From assembly GCA_013265495.1 (NCBI GenBank), contig MU058065.1:5516302-5580301 (forward strand): DNA of 64,000 nt, read 5' to 3'. This DNA comes from Vicugna vicugna (Eukaryota). Shown piece by piece: positions 1 through 12,640 of the stretch; position 1 is the first letter of the stretch, and each line of letters begins with the position of its first letter. A model generated the notes under the pieces. It had not been told where the DNA came from and ran no database searches. It saw only the letters and a list, made by a program, of their open reading frames with translations. The translations under genes and the position numbers were made by a program.

Positions 1-350
1 AAAAAACAAAAACAAACAAACAAACAAAAACAAAGCATAAATACAGGACAGAAATAGACTCATGGACAGAGAATACAGACTTGTGGTTACCAGGGGGGTA
101 GAGGGTGGGAAGGGATAGACTGGGATTTCAAAATTGTAGAATAGATAAACAAGATTACACTGTATAGCACAGGGAAATATACACAAAATGTTATGATAAA
201 TCACAGAGAAAAAAATGTGACAATGAGTGTGTATATGTCCATGAATGACTGAAAAATTGTGCTGAACACTGGAATTTGACACAACATTGTAAAATGATTA
301 TAAATCAATAAAAAATGTTAAAAAAATAAAATAAAAATAAATAAATAAAA
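1..350 (+). mobile_element. LINE-1 3' UTR and A-rich tail (young, camelid/cetartiodactyl-type); runs off window start
   Basis: Typical L1 3' UTR strings (agacttgtggttaccagggg, ctgtatagcacagggaaatat, tgacacaacattgtaaa) ending in AATAAA and an A-rich tail. Confidence 0.85.
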
Positions 351-624
351 GTATGCCACCTCTCCAAAAAAAAAAAAAAGAAAGAAATAAGGAAGGAAGG
401 GAGAAAGGGCTAAAAAAGAAAAAAGAAAACAAGAGAAGTCTAATGACTAAAAATCTGGCCTGGCATCAATTTAGTCCTGAAGGATACACATAATTGAGAT
501 AACATGGATAGGACAAGCAACACTGGTATTGATAAAAGGGAAAAGGAAAATGTAAAAAAAAGCAAGTGAAATAAATACAAATAAACATTGTCAATTATAG
601 TGTTCAGAGGCAGTATGTTTTAAA

Positions 625-1215
625 CAGGTTAGGAAGGGGCTCTCAAGTCAGACCGCCCAGGTTCAATTCCCATCCCCACCACTTTCTAATCAAGTGATCT
701 TAGCAATTCACCTAACCCTCTCTGAGCAGTCCTCCCCTATAAAAAGATTAATAACAACACAGGAAGTCCCACTTTTTGAAAGTTCATTTTACACCCCTTT
801 GCTTTTACACAAGACCTACGTTAGTACCTGTTTTTGGTAACAGAAAGAAATCCGACGAGGATTTTCGCTTTTACTAATAAAGGCAAAAAGAGAAAACGGC
901 GTTCAGCGTTTGTTTTGCAGCAGCCCTTACAGAGGCAGCACGCACCTTAAGCAGTGAGAGTGGCACCGCCAAGCTCCTTCCCCAGGAACAGGTACTAGAC
1001 TCAGCATCTCAGCAACAAGCCACCAGAGCTTTGAATTGTCTGTGAGCATCCGTGCCCTATCTTGATATTCTGTGCATCTATTAGCAAGATGCGTCCTAAG
1101 GTAATTACTTCTTCACTTTACATCATTTCTCCTTAGGAAAGGTTTCGCAGGAATGCTCTACTTTCTAACAGCAAGAAAACCTGTATCACCTTCCTTATAG
1201 AGTTGTGGGGGAAAG
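625..1215 (+). mobile_element. MIR SINE, split by a DNA transposon (pieces ~625-759 and ~1186-1215)
   Basis: MIR-like ggttcaattccc...cacctaaccctctctgagc...ataacaa resumes as accttccttatagagttgt after the insert. Confidence 0.6.
760..1183. mobile_element. Tigger-like (TcMar) non-autonomous DNA transposon
   Basis: Termini CAGG...CCTG, degenerate 24-bp TIRs (16/24 by eye), flanks CA/TA consistent with a TA target site. Confidence 0.7.
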
Positions 1216-4200
1216 CTGGGATGACCATCTATGCTGTGAGCCTTCCACTTCTGGCAACAACAGACTGGACTGTTTTAGACCACATTCCCCACAAATTAAT
1301 TAGAAAAACTGAACAATTCCTTTCACAGCAGGAAAAAGACCCTGTGGATCTTTGGGGTCTCCTCCTAGCCCCAGACCCACATCTCCTCCTTCCCAGCTCT
1401 TCCCTGAGTTCAGCCATCAGAAAACGAAGAAAAACTAAATCAGTTCCCTCCCACCTGCCCCACTATGAAAGCTGGGCACCACCCACTGCACAGCTTTAAT
1501 TGCAAAAAAAAAAAAACAAAAACCCACTCCTTTCCATAATTCCACTGGAGGAGAAAAATATGTGCAGTTTGTTTCTAGATGTCATGACTGTTTTCACTTT
1601 ATTTTCCCTTTTACAAAAACTCTATTCTATTTGAAATTTGTTTATTTTTATACTGGTGAGTACGTTTTAGTAATAAGGAGCCTGGCAGGTATCACTTATT
1701 TAATGCATAACGTAATGGTGTTTTACTGGGGGGGGGTCAAGGTCAAGGAAGGAAAAAGTGTAAAATTAAGTGGAGGGTTGGGAGAGGTGGAGGCAGAAAG
1801 ATGAAATGGAAAAAAGAGGCAAAGACTTGAGAAAGAGTAAAATAAGGCAAAAAAAAAAAAAGCAGAAGAAGGAGAGAGAAAAGAAAGAAAATGAAGCCAT
1901 GGGGCAGTAGCCTGAGAGTTGGTGCCAACTGCCCACCCAGGAGGAGAGGAAAGGATGCAGTCCATTCAAGGACAAGGTACAGAAGGCACCAGGTTTATCA
2001 TCATGCCTCTGTTTTTCGGTCTCAACTCTTGTGAACACTCAGATCCTCAGACAAACACGTATTTATATGTAAATATAACAAATGTACATGGAGTACTTAG
2101 TATTAATAATGCCATTCAAAAGGAAAACCCCAGTTTTCCGAACCTGTTTCTGTATTTAGCGGGTTTTTTTACCAAGGATATAAAATCGAGGTTCTGGCAG
2201 ACTTTGTTCATCCTTACAATGACCCTGGGAGAAACACGAAACTCATAATGTTCACATTTTCTGCTCTCACACTGGAACTCGTATGGAAAATAAGAGGCCT
2301 TGTCCAATAAACATGACCCCAAATGTAGAGTGTATCACTTTAACCACAAGATAACCCTGTTTATCGTAGGGTGATTAGAGAGAAAATTTGGGTGTACTTC
2401 TGTGTTTTAAAACACATAAACCTCCTCATCTGCTCCCTCAAGATTTCTCCAGAGCTCTAAGCAGCACAGCAAGGTGCTTTACTGGACAAATGAATTCCTG
2501 ATCTTTATACCTAAAATCATCCAGTCTAGTCCAGGGAAAGGTAGGAATTCTGCAAGGACAGTCCTCCAACCCTGAAACCTGGGGACCCAGAGTTAAGACT
2601 GCGGCTTCAGTGGGTGAAGTCGAGGTGAAGTGGTGAAGAGGTGAACAGCGGTTCTCTCAAGGTGAAGATCAAGGTGAAGATCAGGTGAAGAGCTGTCAAG
2701 TGTGTTAAGTCCTCTTCCTGAAGCCACTCTTTTCAACAAGCAAGACCTAATGAAGGAGACTTTCCACTTTCCTCATCTGTTTTTCCAAGACCTTTGTGCC
2801 TACCGCTATCAACTTCTGCTGAAATCTGTGGACTAACGTTGGACTTTATTGTTTCTCATTAAAATAGAGTTTGCAAGATAGAAAACATGAGTATGAGCTC
2901 AATGCAGGGGTCTCTTGCTAGAGTATAAGCTCCTTGTGGGAAGAAACAGATTCCATGGTCTAGGTGACCATTTCGGAGTGTTTAATGATGTGTTGTGTTC
3001 CTGGTTCTTAATCTATGCAGAGGAATATGATCTGTACTTGTTGTGAAGCCCTGTTCTGGACATCGTGGGAGGCTGTAAAACATAAGACACAGTTTCCCTC
3101 CTCAAAGACTGTAAAGTCAAGTTGGGACAAATAAGAAATAAAGATGTGAAGAGTTAATTAAATAACAACAAACACTAATTAACAAGACAACAACAACAAA
3201 GGACAAGCCATGAAATGATGCATTTTTAATTTCCATATGAATTGCACAGCTAATAAATACCTCAAGAGTACACAGAGATTACTTCAAGCTGTGGTGGAAA
3301 TGAAAACTTTCTTGAAGGGGAGTAGGACTCAAGCTGGGCCTCAAAAATTTGCATCAGATTTGGATAATAATCAAAGCTCACAATGTGCAACGTGCTATGT
3401 GATTCACATACAATATCTCATTTAATAGTCCCCAAAGCTCAGAGGTGGAAATGTCATAGTGACCAGGGTGCACTGAATATACTGGTCCAGCACAGGGAGA
3501 GGTCAGTTGGAGCCCTCAAGATCCAATTTCTGGAAAATAGAGTGATACAGCTGAACAGGTAGATGGAGCGAGATTTTTCTATATTAACCAAATTGTGAAT
3601 TAGGACGGACTTAACTATTTAACTCAAAATATTTCTACTTCATGTGATTCAGCAGAACTGAATTCCTATTTAAGAAAAATGCCAGACCTCCAGAACTCTT
3701 CATTCTGAACCCAGGATAATCTACATATGATTTTGCATAAGTTTGCATATCAAGTTCAAGAACGCCTCCTCCCCTTGGCTATATGATGTTAATTAATTGA
3801 CTTGTGCGACCTCCAGCAGTTTCCCCCTCTCTTGCCTCCTCTGCTCGCTGCCCACCAAGGTGCAGGTGTTTAACTCTGGTGAGAATCAGGGCCATTCTGG
3901 CAGAAAGCAGTTGGTGTGGCTGCCCCATATCAGCCCCAGCTCTGAGGCTCTGGAGGAGAGAAGCTGCCCCACCTTGTCTGGAAGAATGACAGTGAGCACT
4001 TGCCCTTGTGATCCTTGCCCGCCCTCCCCGCAGCCCAAAGGCAGCGAGGAGCTGTCTAGAAGCCCTTGGACTTCAAATAACAACTTGGGAGAGGAAGAGG
4101 TTGGGCGAGAAAAGTCAACCTTGGTTTACCTCCAGAGAAGAGAGAAGAGCTAACGTTTAAAAAAAAAAAGAAAGAAAAAGTAAGAAAATCACAGCCAGAC

Positions 4201-7200
4201 TGGGCCCTGGGTAAGACTTTCAGCTGTTTGTCCTCTTTTGTCTTCAGGCGATGGAAAATGATGGGACTCAAAGCCCCACAATATCATGGTAAATAAATAA
4301 TACCCCTTCCTTCAAAGAGATGAGCAGTCACCAAGGCCTGCAGGACACCCACAGACGTGGGATGCCTTGGCAGAAGTCTCTCTTGCAAGTTATAGGAAAC
4401 ATCACTGAAACTCCCTCCCCTTACCTGTCTACCAGCTTGATCTGACCACCTACACAACCCAGTGTGGCAGCTGGAGCCTTCCGTGCCTATATTTCAGAAC
4501 CACCCAAAGCCTGGATTTGGGGTTCCTAGAAAGCCAGTCATGAATGTCCCTCTAAACCCTTTGAGCACCTAAAATACCTCCCCAATCAGTTTTTCCTTGG
4601 AGAAGGGCGAAAGACAAAGTGTTTTCTCTCCTTGAGCTAAGAAAATGGAATGCTCAGAATAGTGAAACCATTTTAGCAAACAGTGAATTTTAACAAATTG
4701 GAAGTAGTGATGCAGGGGACAAAAGGACCTTTTTTTGTCCCCCAAGTCACATCACATTTGTAGGTCACCATAAGGTTGATCTTAAAAGCAAATCAGCTTT
4801 AATTACTTTAAGATATTTGGGGAAGAAAAAAACATTTGCTCAAGAACCTACAGCTCTGAGCAATAAAGGATTAGTAGAAGAATTACTTGAATCAATATTT
4901 CTGAGGAATCAGATTGAAGTATTGGTCTTTTGACAAGTCTGTGTCAGTGAGTAGTGTTTGGTTTTGGGTCCCTCTGATGAGAACTAAACTATATCCCTGG
5001 TGTCAGACAAAGAGTTGACACCGTGGCCATTATTTTTATTTAAAAACAACGAAGAACTCACAAAGCCGGAAGAGAACAACTATAAAAACACAGTTTCTTC
5101 CTTAAAAATAAATAATAAGCACTATCATTTGCATAAACCATTACCATTTATTGCCTAATTAATATACAACAAAACAATAGTCAAGCACACTGCTGGATTA
5201 ACTTCCAACATTTATTTATTACAACCCTGAAATGTTTATGTACTCTTAGTCTTTCTCTTCCCCTCCTACAAAAAGCACATTCCAAATTCCCTCAGTTTCT
5301 GCCCCTCCTCTCCTTTTGAGGCGGGCTCTGCCATCGCCAAGTTTGTTCTATGGAGTCTTTGTGAAGCAGAATCAGGGAGACAGGAGGACTAGCAAAGGCC
5401 AGAAGGAACAGAGACAGCATCAAGGCTAGATCTCCAGGGAGTGATTTTTTCAGAAAGTTTAGACGAGAGTCTCTCTGGATAATCAAGGGAATGTGAGGGA
5501 ATTAATCAAATAAGGCAAATTTTTAGAACTTTTACTGTGGACTTTATATCTAATTCATGATGTTTAAAAATTATAAAAACTAGAGATATTATAAAATTGC
5601 CTTTGCTTCCTAGGCTACTACGTCTCTGACTACAACTTTGAAACTGGACCACATGTGGCCATAGCTTCAACAGGGTTGCAGATGCCATTCCTCCTTAGCT
5701 TGTACTTAAACCTTAAAAAGCAACTGGAAGAAAAACTGCTCTTTGGCTGCAAACTCTACCCTTTCTCCCCACCTTCTTCAACCAAGAGCCTTGCACTGTG
5801 AGTATGCCCTTCCCTATACAGACACTGGGTTGAGTATTGTGCTCGCATATACTAGTTAAGTCAGTTCATGTGCGCAAACTGTAAGTTAATGGCAGTAAAT
5901 CAATGCTGCCCAGGGTGACTTGGGTTTCAGCTTCCCTCCCAAAGTGGTTATGAAGATTAAGCAAAATAATGCAAAGCACTTGTAAACTGTAAAGAACTGT
6001 ATGTGATATGTCTGGCCATTGATCCTGGATGGCAAACTCTGCAAAAAGATGCAGAGGTCTGAAGCAACAACTGTAATTGCTGAATTGATCATTCGGACTT
6101 CTAGAAAACCTTCAAGAAAATGGAAACAAATATACTGTGTCTAGGTGAACCTCTGGGGTCCCATTTCCTTTAAATCTGGGAGGAAATCTGACTTAAGCCC
6201 CATCCCACAAATTTAAAGATTTGGGGTTGATTCCCAGGGGTCTTAGGTGGTCACCCCTCCCTCGTATTCCCTGTTTCTGGTTGTCTCTCAAATGGTCACA
6301 TCTCCCCTTCTGTGGTCACTCCCTTCTTTCTGCCCTGTGCCCAGCTGAATGTGGGGTGCCTCCCTTTTCCTGTTAAATCTCCAAAGTACCACCCACACTA
6401 AAGCCACTGCATACTGCAAACAGACTTTTTATTACAACAGTTAGGGATTCCAGAGGGAACCGTATTACAGAAACACAAGCAACGTAAAAGTAAACCTCCT
6501 GAGCCATGTCCACCCCAGGGTCTCCCTCACTGGACAACAGTCTCCCTTAGCATCTCACTCCCACACCAACTGGCACCACTCCCCATCTTTTACTTTCCAG
6601 TTCTCTCACCTTTATTATGCAGAGAACTTCTGATCTCCCTCTGCCTCACTTCCTTACCAAACCATCCTTTGGGGGAGGCTGGGTAGGGAGGCTTCACTTT
6701 TCACACCAAAGATACCATTAGGGTAGTTTTCTAAACCAAGAGCCATCTCCCCTAATGTGAAACATGCCACTGCCTCATCTGATGGACCAGCTGCAGTCGG
6801 TCCCTGTTCTCAATAGACATTTTCCTTCTCCCTGCCCTCTATGCATGTGCTGGGGAAGGAAAGGGAGAGGCTTGAGATTTTCTTGAATTATCCAGACTAT
6901 TCCTTCTACTTAGTGCCTGATTTTACATGGCAGAAGAAAGCCTGCATGTGCTACAGCTTTTTTTGCTGTTTTACATGTCTGTGTAGTGAGGAGACAGCTG
7001 ATCCCTGTTTTTAAAAAAATCCAGCAAAATAGCCAATAGTTTAAATGTGTAGATTGAAGCTACTACACTTGAAGTGCAAATTGGGCAATGGCCATTGAAA
7101 TGGCTCTTTGGAGGCATGTGCCATTCTCAAGTTAGGATCCCTCAGCTGAGAAAAATGGGAAGCAGTAAATGTGATCAGCCACGAGGATCCAGCTGAACCT

Positions 7201-7374
7201 GATTCTTGACAATCAATCACAAGAGTTAGGACATACGATCTTTGGTTTGGATTTTTAAGTGATTACAGAGAATCAGATCTGCATTCAAATCTGCCTACTG
7301 TCTCTTGCCAGCATTGAGACATTCGATACTTTATCTGGAAACCACCTTAAGTCATTTCTGGAAAAAGACAGAAG

Positions 7375-7528
7375 ATGGTTGGATGGATGAATAGATGGAA
7401 GGATGGATGGATGGATGGATGGATGGATGGATGGATGGATGGATGGATGGATGGATGGATGGATGGATGGATGGATGGATGGATGGATGGATGGATGGAT
7501 GGATGGATGGATGGACGGACGGACGGAC
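7375..7528 (+). repeat. (GGAT)n microsatellite: 28 pure copies (7401-7512) followed by (GGAC)4
   Basis: Directly visible; explains the PSIH/GWMD ORFs. Confidence 0.99.
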
Positions 7529-9159
7529 ATTCATCTGTAAAATTTAATAATGCCCACCCAGCCAGTTTTCAGGGGTAACTGAACATCTGAAAGAGCTGGC
7601 TATTGTTGTGGACTGGCCTTTTTTTTCTCTTCTACAGCCAGAAGAGACACTAATGTTAAATTTTTCTGGAAATGCTCATATCAGTGCATTTGTAAAGAGC
7701 TACTACCAAAGGAGGTTCTGCTGTTGCAGTGACACCTCTTCGGAACAAGGCAGAGGGCAGTAAACAAGTTCCCTCCCCACTTCCCCAGCTAGTTCCCACC
7801 CCTCTAACCCCTCCAATATTCCACATGTGCCATCTATCATTTCTCACCCTGTCTTTTTTTTTATCATACAGCAGTACTTGTTAAAGGCTCTGTGACCACT
7901 CCAGCTATTTCCTTTGAGGATGATAACACTACAGCCGAAGCTTCATTATTATGCTAATCGAGCTTGGTCTGAGCTGCTTTCATAACTGTCACATTAAAGC
8001 TCCCAGGAAGGAGAGGCCTCCAGAGCCATCTGCCTGGCACTGGGTGAATATTAATGACGGGTGCAGTCCAGAGGAATGGTTTCGGAACCCCCACCCATCA
8101 GGTAAAGGGGCCCAGCTTTCACTGCCACAGACAAATAAATAACATCCAAACAAACAGGTAGATTGTAAAATAAATGCGAGCGAGCAACGCTGCAGAGGAA
8201 GGAAATGGAAGGTGATCCTTGCACGGCACTCATGCCCTCCGCTGTGTAGCACACGGTGCTCTTTCAAGGCAGGCATAATTATCCTGATATTAGAGCTGAA
8301 GGACAAGGCCTCATCAAGGTCAGAAGACTTACTCAGGGCCTCACCCTTCCTCGGTGACCAGGCTCTGCCCGTCTTCTGCAAGCAGGCCAGCCAGTGACAG
8401 AGCCTGGTGGCAAGCTGGGTAAGAAATGAGAAGGTGCTGGACTGGACACTTTGGAGACAAGTTGGAGGCCTTTGAGCTTTGAGCCCCAGGAAGACGGAAA
8501 GTGCACCGCTGTCTTATACCCTGATGAGAAGATGTTATCAACAGCCCCCCACTTGCCTTGGCTACTTTTCAGTGATCTCTTGTGGAAAAGTGAAGGAGGA
8601 AAAATCTGTAGGTCCCAGAGGCATTTCTAGACAACTCGGAGGGAACAGGTGAAGAGAGACCCCTGGACTGGCAGCGTCGGGGTGTGGGTGTTGAATCTCC
8701 TTCCCTTCCTGACTGTACATCAGGGAGTTGGGTGACCGGAGGAGGTCTGTACCACTACCAGTCCCCATGCGGCAGAGTTCCACCAGGGAGTCTCACGAGC
8801 AGCTCTCCCAGTAATTCATGTATCCAGAAAGATACCCACTCCTCTCTGCTCCAAGCCCCGAGAAGAAGAAACCCTGATCGCGGCACTGCTGGTTGCTGCT
8901 CCCATGAGGTATCCATGACTACTCACGGAGGAATATGTGGCCCCTAAATCTTTCTAATCAAACATTAACACTCCTCATTTATATTAAGTACACAGTTAAT
9001 CCTTCCAACTAGAGAAATAAAGATTCTCAAGTGTAGTGGGCTACCCAAGGGTCTCCCCAGCCTCTTCTCTCCTTGCTGGCAGCCGTCCACATGCTCTCCA
9101 GATGTCCGTGGCCACCCTCCCTTTCCCCCTGTGCCTTCAGCCAAAGACATCCCCCTGCC

Positions 9160-9590
9160 CATCCAAGGCTCAACAGTAAGTTATGATTTGTTTAAGCCAA
9201 TCACGTTGACCCTGTTTATATGCCAGTGATAGATTAAGGCCCAGGCACAGGCTGTAACCCTGGCTTACAAGATACAAGGATAAGACTGTTGTGGGTCATT
9301 GGAAAAGCTACCAGTGTTCTAAAAAAGGGACGTAAATCAAGGACTTTGCCCTCTTCCTGCATTTGATTGTGAGCAGAGTTCTGAGCCATGGCAGCCACAG
9401 TAAAACTAATCATCCTGATAAAACCAGGAGAATTACGGAGAGGCCGACGTCCCTGAGCTGCTGAAGCCACCAACTCGGGGACCACCTAGTGCTGGTATTC
9501 TTGGTATATAAAATCATGAACTTTTCATTACTGCTTAGTTCATATTTATTTGGATGTCCTGACACTTGTAAACAAAACCTGTCTTAATAG
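9160..9590 (+). mobile_element. Old MaLR LTR remnant (MLT1-type)
   Basis: gtttaagccaatcac, ccatggcagccac and 3' ...acttgtaaacaaaacctgtcttaata resemble MLT1J/K/L. Confidence 0.5.
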
Positions 9591-9639
9591 ACCCCCTTGT
9601 TCCTTTGGGACAAGGCCAATTTTGGGGGGTTTCTGTACC

Positions 9640-9940
9640 CCCCATGCTGACTATGTGATTAGCTAAGCTGATGGGGATATTTCCTCACCAGGGATTGGTT
9701 TAGGGTACAAATGCAACCCAAAATCTGCCAATCAAATGGGAGGGGAAGTCTTCTGGGGGCTTCGAGGAAAGGGTTCTTGCTTTAGGGGAGAAAAAAGACA
9801 CAAGGAAGAGAGCTTGCTTCCCCTGCTGGATATCCTCAGGCTCGGATATCCCCTGCATGGAGCTACCACAGCCAACCTGCAACCATGAGGGACACTGTTC
9901 TGAGGACAAAGTCAATGTGCTAAGGTTGGTAAACCCTTGG
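9640..9940 (+). mobile_element. Old MaLR LTR fragment (MLT1-type)
   Basis: gattggtttagggtacaaatgcaacccaa...cttctgggg...agctaccacagccaacctgcaaccatgagg. Confidence 0.5.
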
Positions 9941-10969
9941 TGTCAAAGGAATTTCAGGTTGGGATTCTATTATGTGGCCATGTAATGATGAGCTTCAGCT
10001 TTACAGTTTAAGAATGGATTGCCTGCAGTTATCTATCCAGTCATTTGCCTTCGAAATGCTCTCTTGAGAGGAGAGGGATGCTACAGCAGCAAGATAAAGG
10101 AATTTGCAGGCACATATCCTGTCCTATCTAAGCCACAGGAGTCATGAGTGCCAGGTAGGGAGTACCTTATACCTGTGGCAATTACAAAGTACCATGGTAC
10201 TTGTGTGTTTTAATTTTATTACGATTTCCATTTTCTTCATAATTTAATCATTGCTAAAATTTTTATAAGGAAGAAGGAAAGCAAGGGTAGATTAAGAAAG
10301 CCTGTAAAATGAACTAGATCTTTAAAAGATGGATTTTATTACTCACATGCTTGTAAAATGCTTTCATGAATATCAAGTTCCCCTTCATACCCCAACCCCA
10401 CCAAAAAAAAAAAAAAAGAAAGAAAGAAAATGAGAAAAAGGAAATGGCTGTGGTGCCACTTACTTCATTTTCCTGCAAAAATGGTTTGCATGCTGTGAAC
10501 ACCTGGGGGGATTCACTGGCATTTATCAGGGGTAAGGCCATGGTCTAAGGTATGTGTCAGGGCTGGACTGATGGAGGCCCACTGCCCTGGCCTGTGGTCG
10601 GTCTAGTATTCTGACCTTGGCTGCTACTCACTGAGTTCTACCAAATGCTTCTAGCTCATTCAATCAAAGACAGAGCAGGGGAAATTGTCGATTTAATTTA
10701 CAAAAGCTTGAATGCTGCCACTGAACATCAACAAACGTAATGTCAGAGAGATACAATCAGCTCAGCAAAAAATGTATTTTCTGATCCTTTATCTTCTTTT
10801 CCAAACTGAGAGAAGTATCACCTGCACAAACCAGTGTGATTATTAGTTTGACTAGACTGGTCTGGGCCAGCAGAAGCTTGTACAGGTCATAAAAGGGGCT
10901 CTACAGCAGAAAAAAAGCTGTACGTAACTGATGCCTTCAAAGCCAAAAGTGTATTCTTTTGAGAGACAA

Positions 10970-11090
10970 TATAGTAGAGTGAAAAGAGCATTTGCCCAGG
11001 ACCAAAAGATCTGAGTTGTAGGTCTGATTTCATCAACAAGCAGCTGTACATCTTTGGCAAGTCACTCTGCCTCTCTGGACCTCACCGTCC
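10970..11090 (+). mobile_element. MIR fragment
   Basis: tagtagagtgaaaagagca...ctttggcaagtcactctgcctctctggacctca. Confidence 0.6.
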
Positions 11091-11095
11091 AGTCT

Positions 11096-11557
11096 TGTGT
11101 CCCTCAGAGAGATATGTCCAAGTCCTAATCCCTGGTACCTGTGAAGGTAACCTTATTTGGAAATAGGGTCTTTGCAGACGTCATTAAGTTCAGGAGCTCA
11201 GGATGAGATCATCCTGGATTTAGGATGAGCCAATGACTGGTGTCCTTCTAAGAGAAAGGAAAAGGAGATTTGAGACACAAGGCACAGAGACACAGAGAGA
11301 AGCAGGCCAGGGGAAGACAGGCAGAGACTGGAGTGAGGCATCTACAAGTCACGGAACACCAAAGACGGCCAGCAGCCTCCAGAAGCCGGGAGGGAGGCAT
11401 GGAACAAATTCTCCCCGGAGCCTCCAGAAGGAACCAACACTGCTGACACCTGGATTTCAGACCTCGAGCCTCCAGAACTGTGAGAGAACACATTTCTGTT
11501 GTTTTAAGTCACTCAGATTATGGTACTTTGTTACAGCTGCCCTAAGAAACTAATGCA
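11096..11557 (+). mobile_element. MLT1C-like MaLR solo LTR
   Basis: Hallmarks ccttatttggaaatagggtctttgcaga, gagcctccagaaggaaccaac, cctccagaactgtgaga, 3' gttacagctgccctaagaaactaatgca. Confidence 0.88.
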
Positions 11558-12069
11558 GATTTTCCAGTTCAGAGATTACATCGCCAAAGCATCCGTTTGT
11601 TTAGAGTCAGCTCTCTCCAGTCTGTTATTTCAGGTGGAGTTGCAGGAAAGTTAAATTTACATTAAAAAAATGAATACATTTGAATCCTTTGTTCTAAGAT
11701 TAGAGTAAGAAACGGTACTCAAATTTTCTATTTTTTTTCCCTTTTTTTAGCTAGGTAAGGTACTAAGGCACTCAAGAAAGGACTACTTTAAAAAACAATC
11801 TCAGCCTGTCAAGAATAAAAGCAATCCAAATCTAAGTGGAAGATCTATAATTTGACCAAGACAATCAGGGGCCTGCATTTACGTTGTGATGAGATTCTAG
11901 TAAAACACCATCCTGTTGGGACATGGAGAATAAAGAAAGCAAAAGGGATGCTCACTTCAGCAAGACTGTTCTATCTTTAAAAGTTTCCACTAAAATCTGA
12001 AGTTTGCAACTCAAGAATGAATCTTGTATTCAGGTTGATGGACAGCTGGAGACAAATATGCCACTGTGT

Positions 12070-12640
12070 TCGTCCATGCACCCATTTGTTCATACAAGTA
12101 TACGGCGAAACTTCGACATGCCCCAGGAGCTGAACCTCGGGCTGAGGATATACTGGAGACCAGAGAAGACAAACCCTGGCCTGATCGGGGACCAGGAGGT
12201 GGGAAGAGGCAAGATAAGACAGAGGGAGGTGGGGAAGACAAGGGGAGACAGAAAATAAGCAAGTAAACAGATAAACAATTACAAATTGTGATCAGCAAAT
12301 AGTTAGGGTCAGACAATGATAACAGGGAATCTGAGAAGTGGGAGGGCCTCTCCATGGATGCAGTATATAAGCCTATATAATTCTTAACGTCTGAAGATGG
12401 GAAGGAGCCCAGCCAGGCAAAGAGCAAGGCAGAGGGAACCACATGTAAAAGCGCAGCGGGGAGAAGGCCATCACGTCCCAGGAACTGAAAAGGAGCCAGT
12501 GCGGATGAGAGTAGGGTCAGGGGAGGGGAGGTACAAGATGACCCTGGAGAAGTAAGCTGGGGCCAGACAACATGTCTTATTACATGTGTGATGCAGAGTT
12601 GCTGAAACATTGTTAGCAGCTTGTGCTTACAGGGGCAGGA
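12070..12640 (-). mobile_element. L2 LINE 3' region
   Basis: Antisense L2 pattern (gaaggagcccagccaggcaaagag...ggcagagggaaccacatgtaaaag...ggaactgaaaaggagccagtg). Confidence 0.65.

Noticed and set aside
1579..1661. Possible exon bounded by ttctAG and TG|GTGAGT
   Set aside because: Weak acceptor and a very U-rich, intron-like body.
2611..2692. CRISPR-like repeat-spacer array
   Set aside because: Repeats are only 6-12 bp with 2-15 bp gaps, there are no cas genes, and the context is mammalian.
7285..7578. Repetitive PSIH/GWMD ORFs
   Set aside because: Translations of the (GGAT)n microsatellite.
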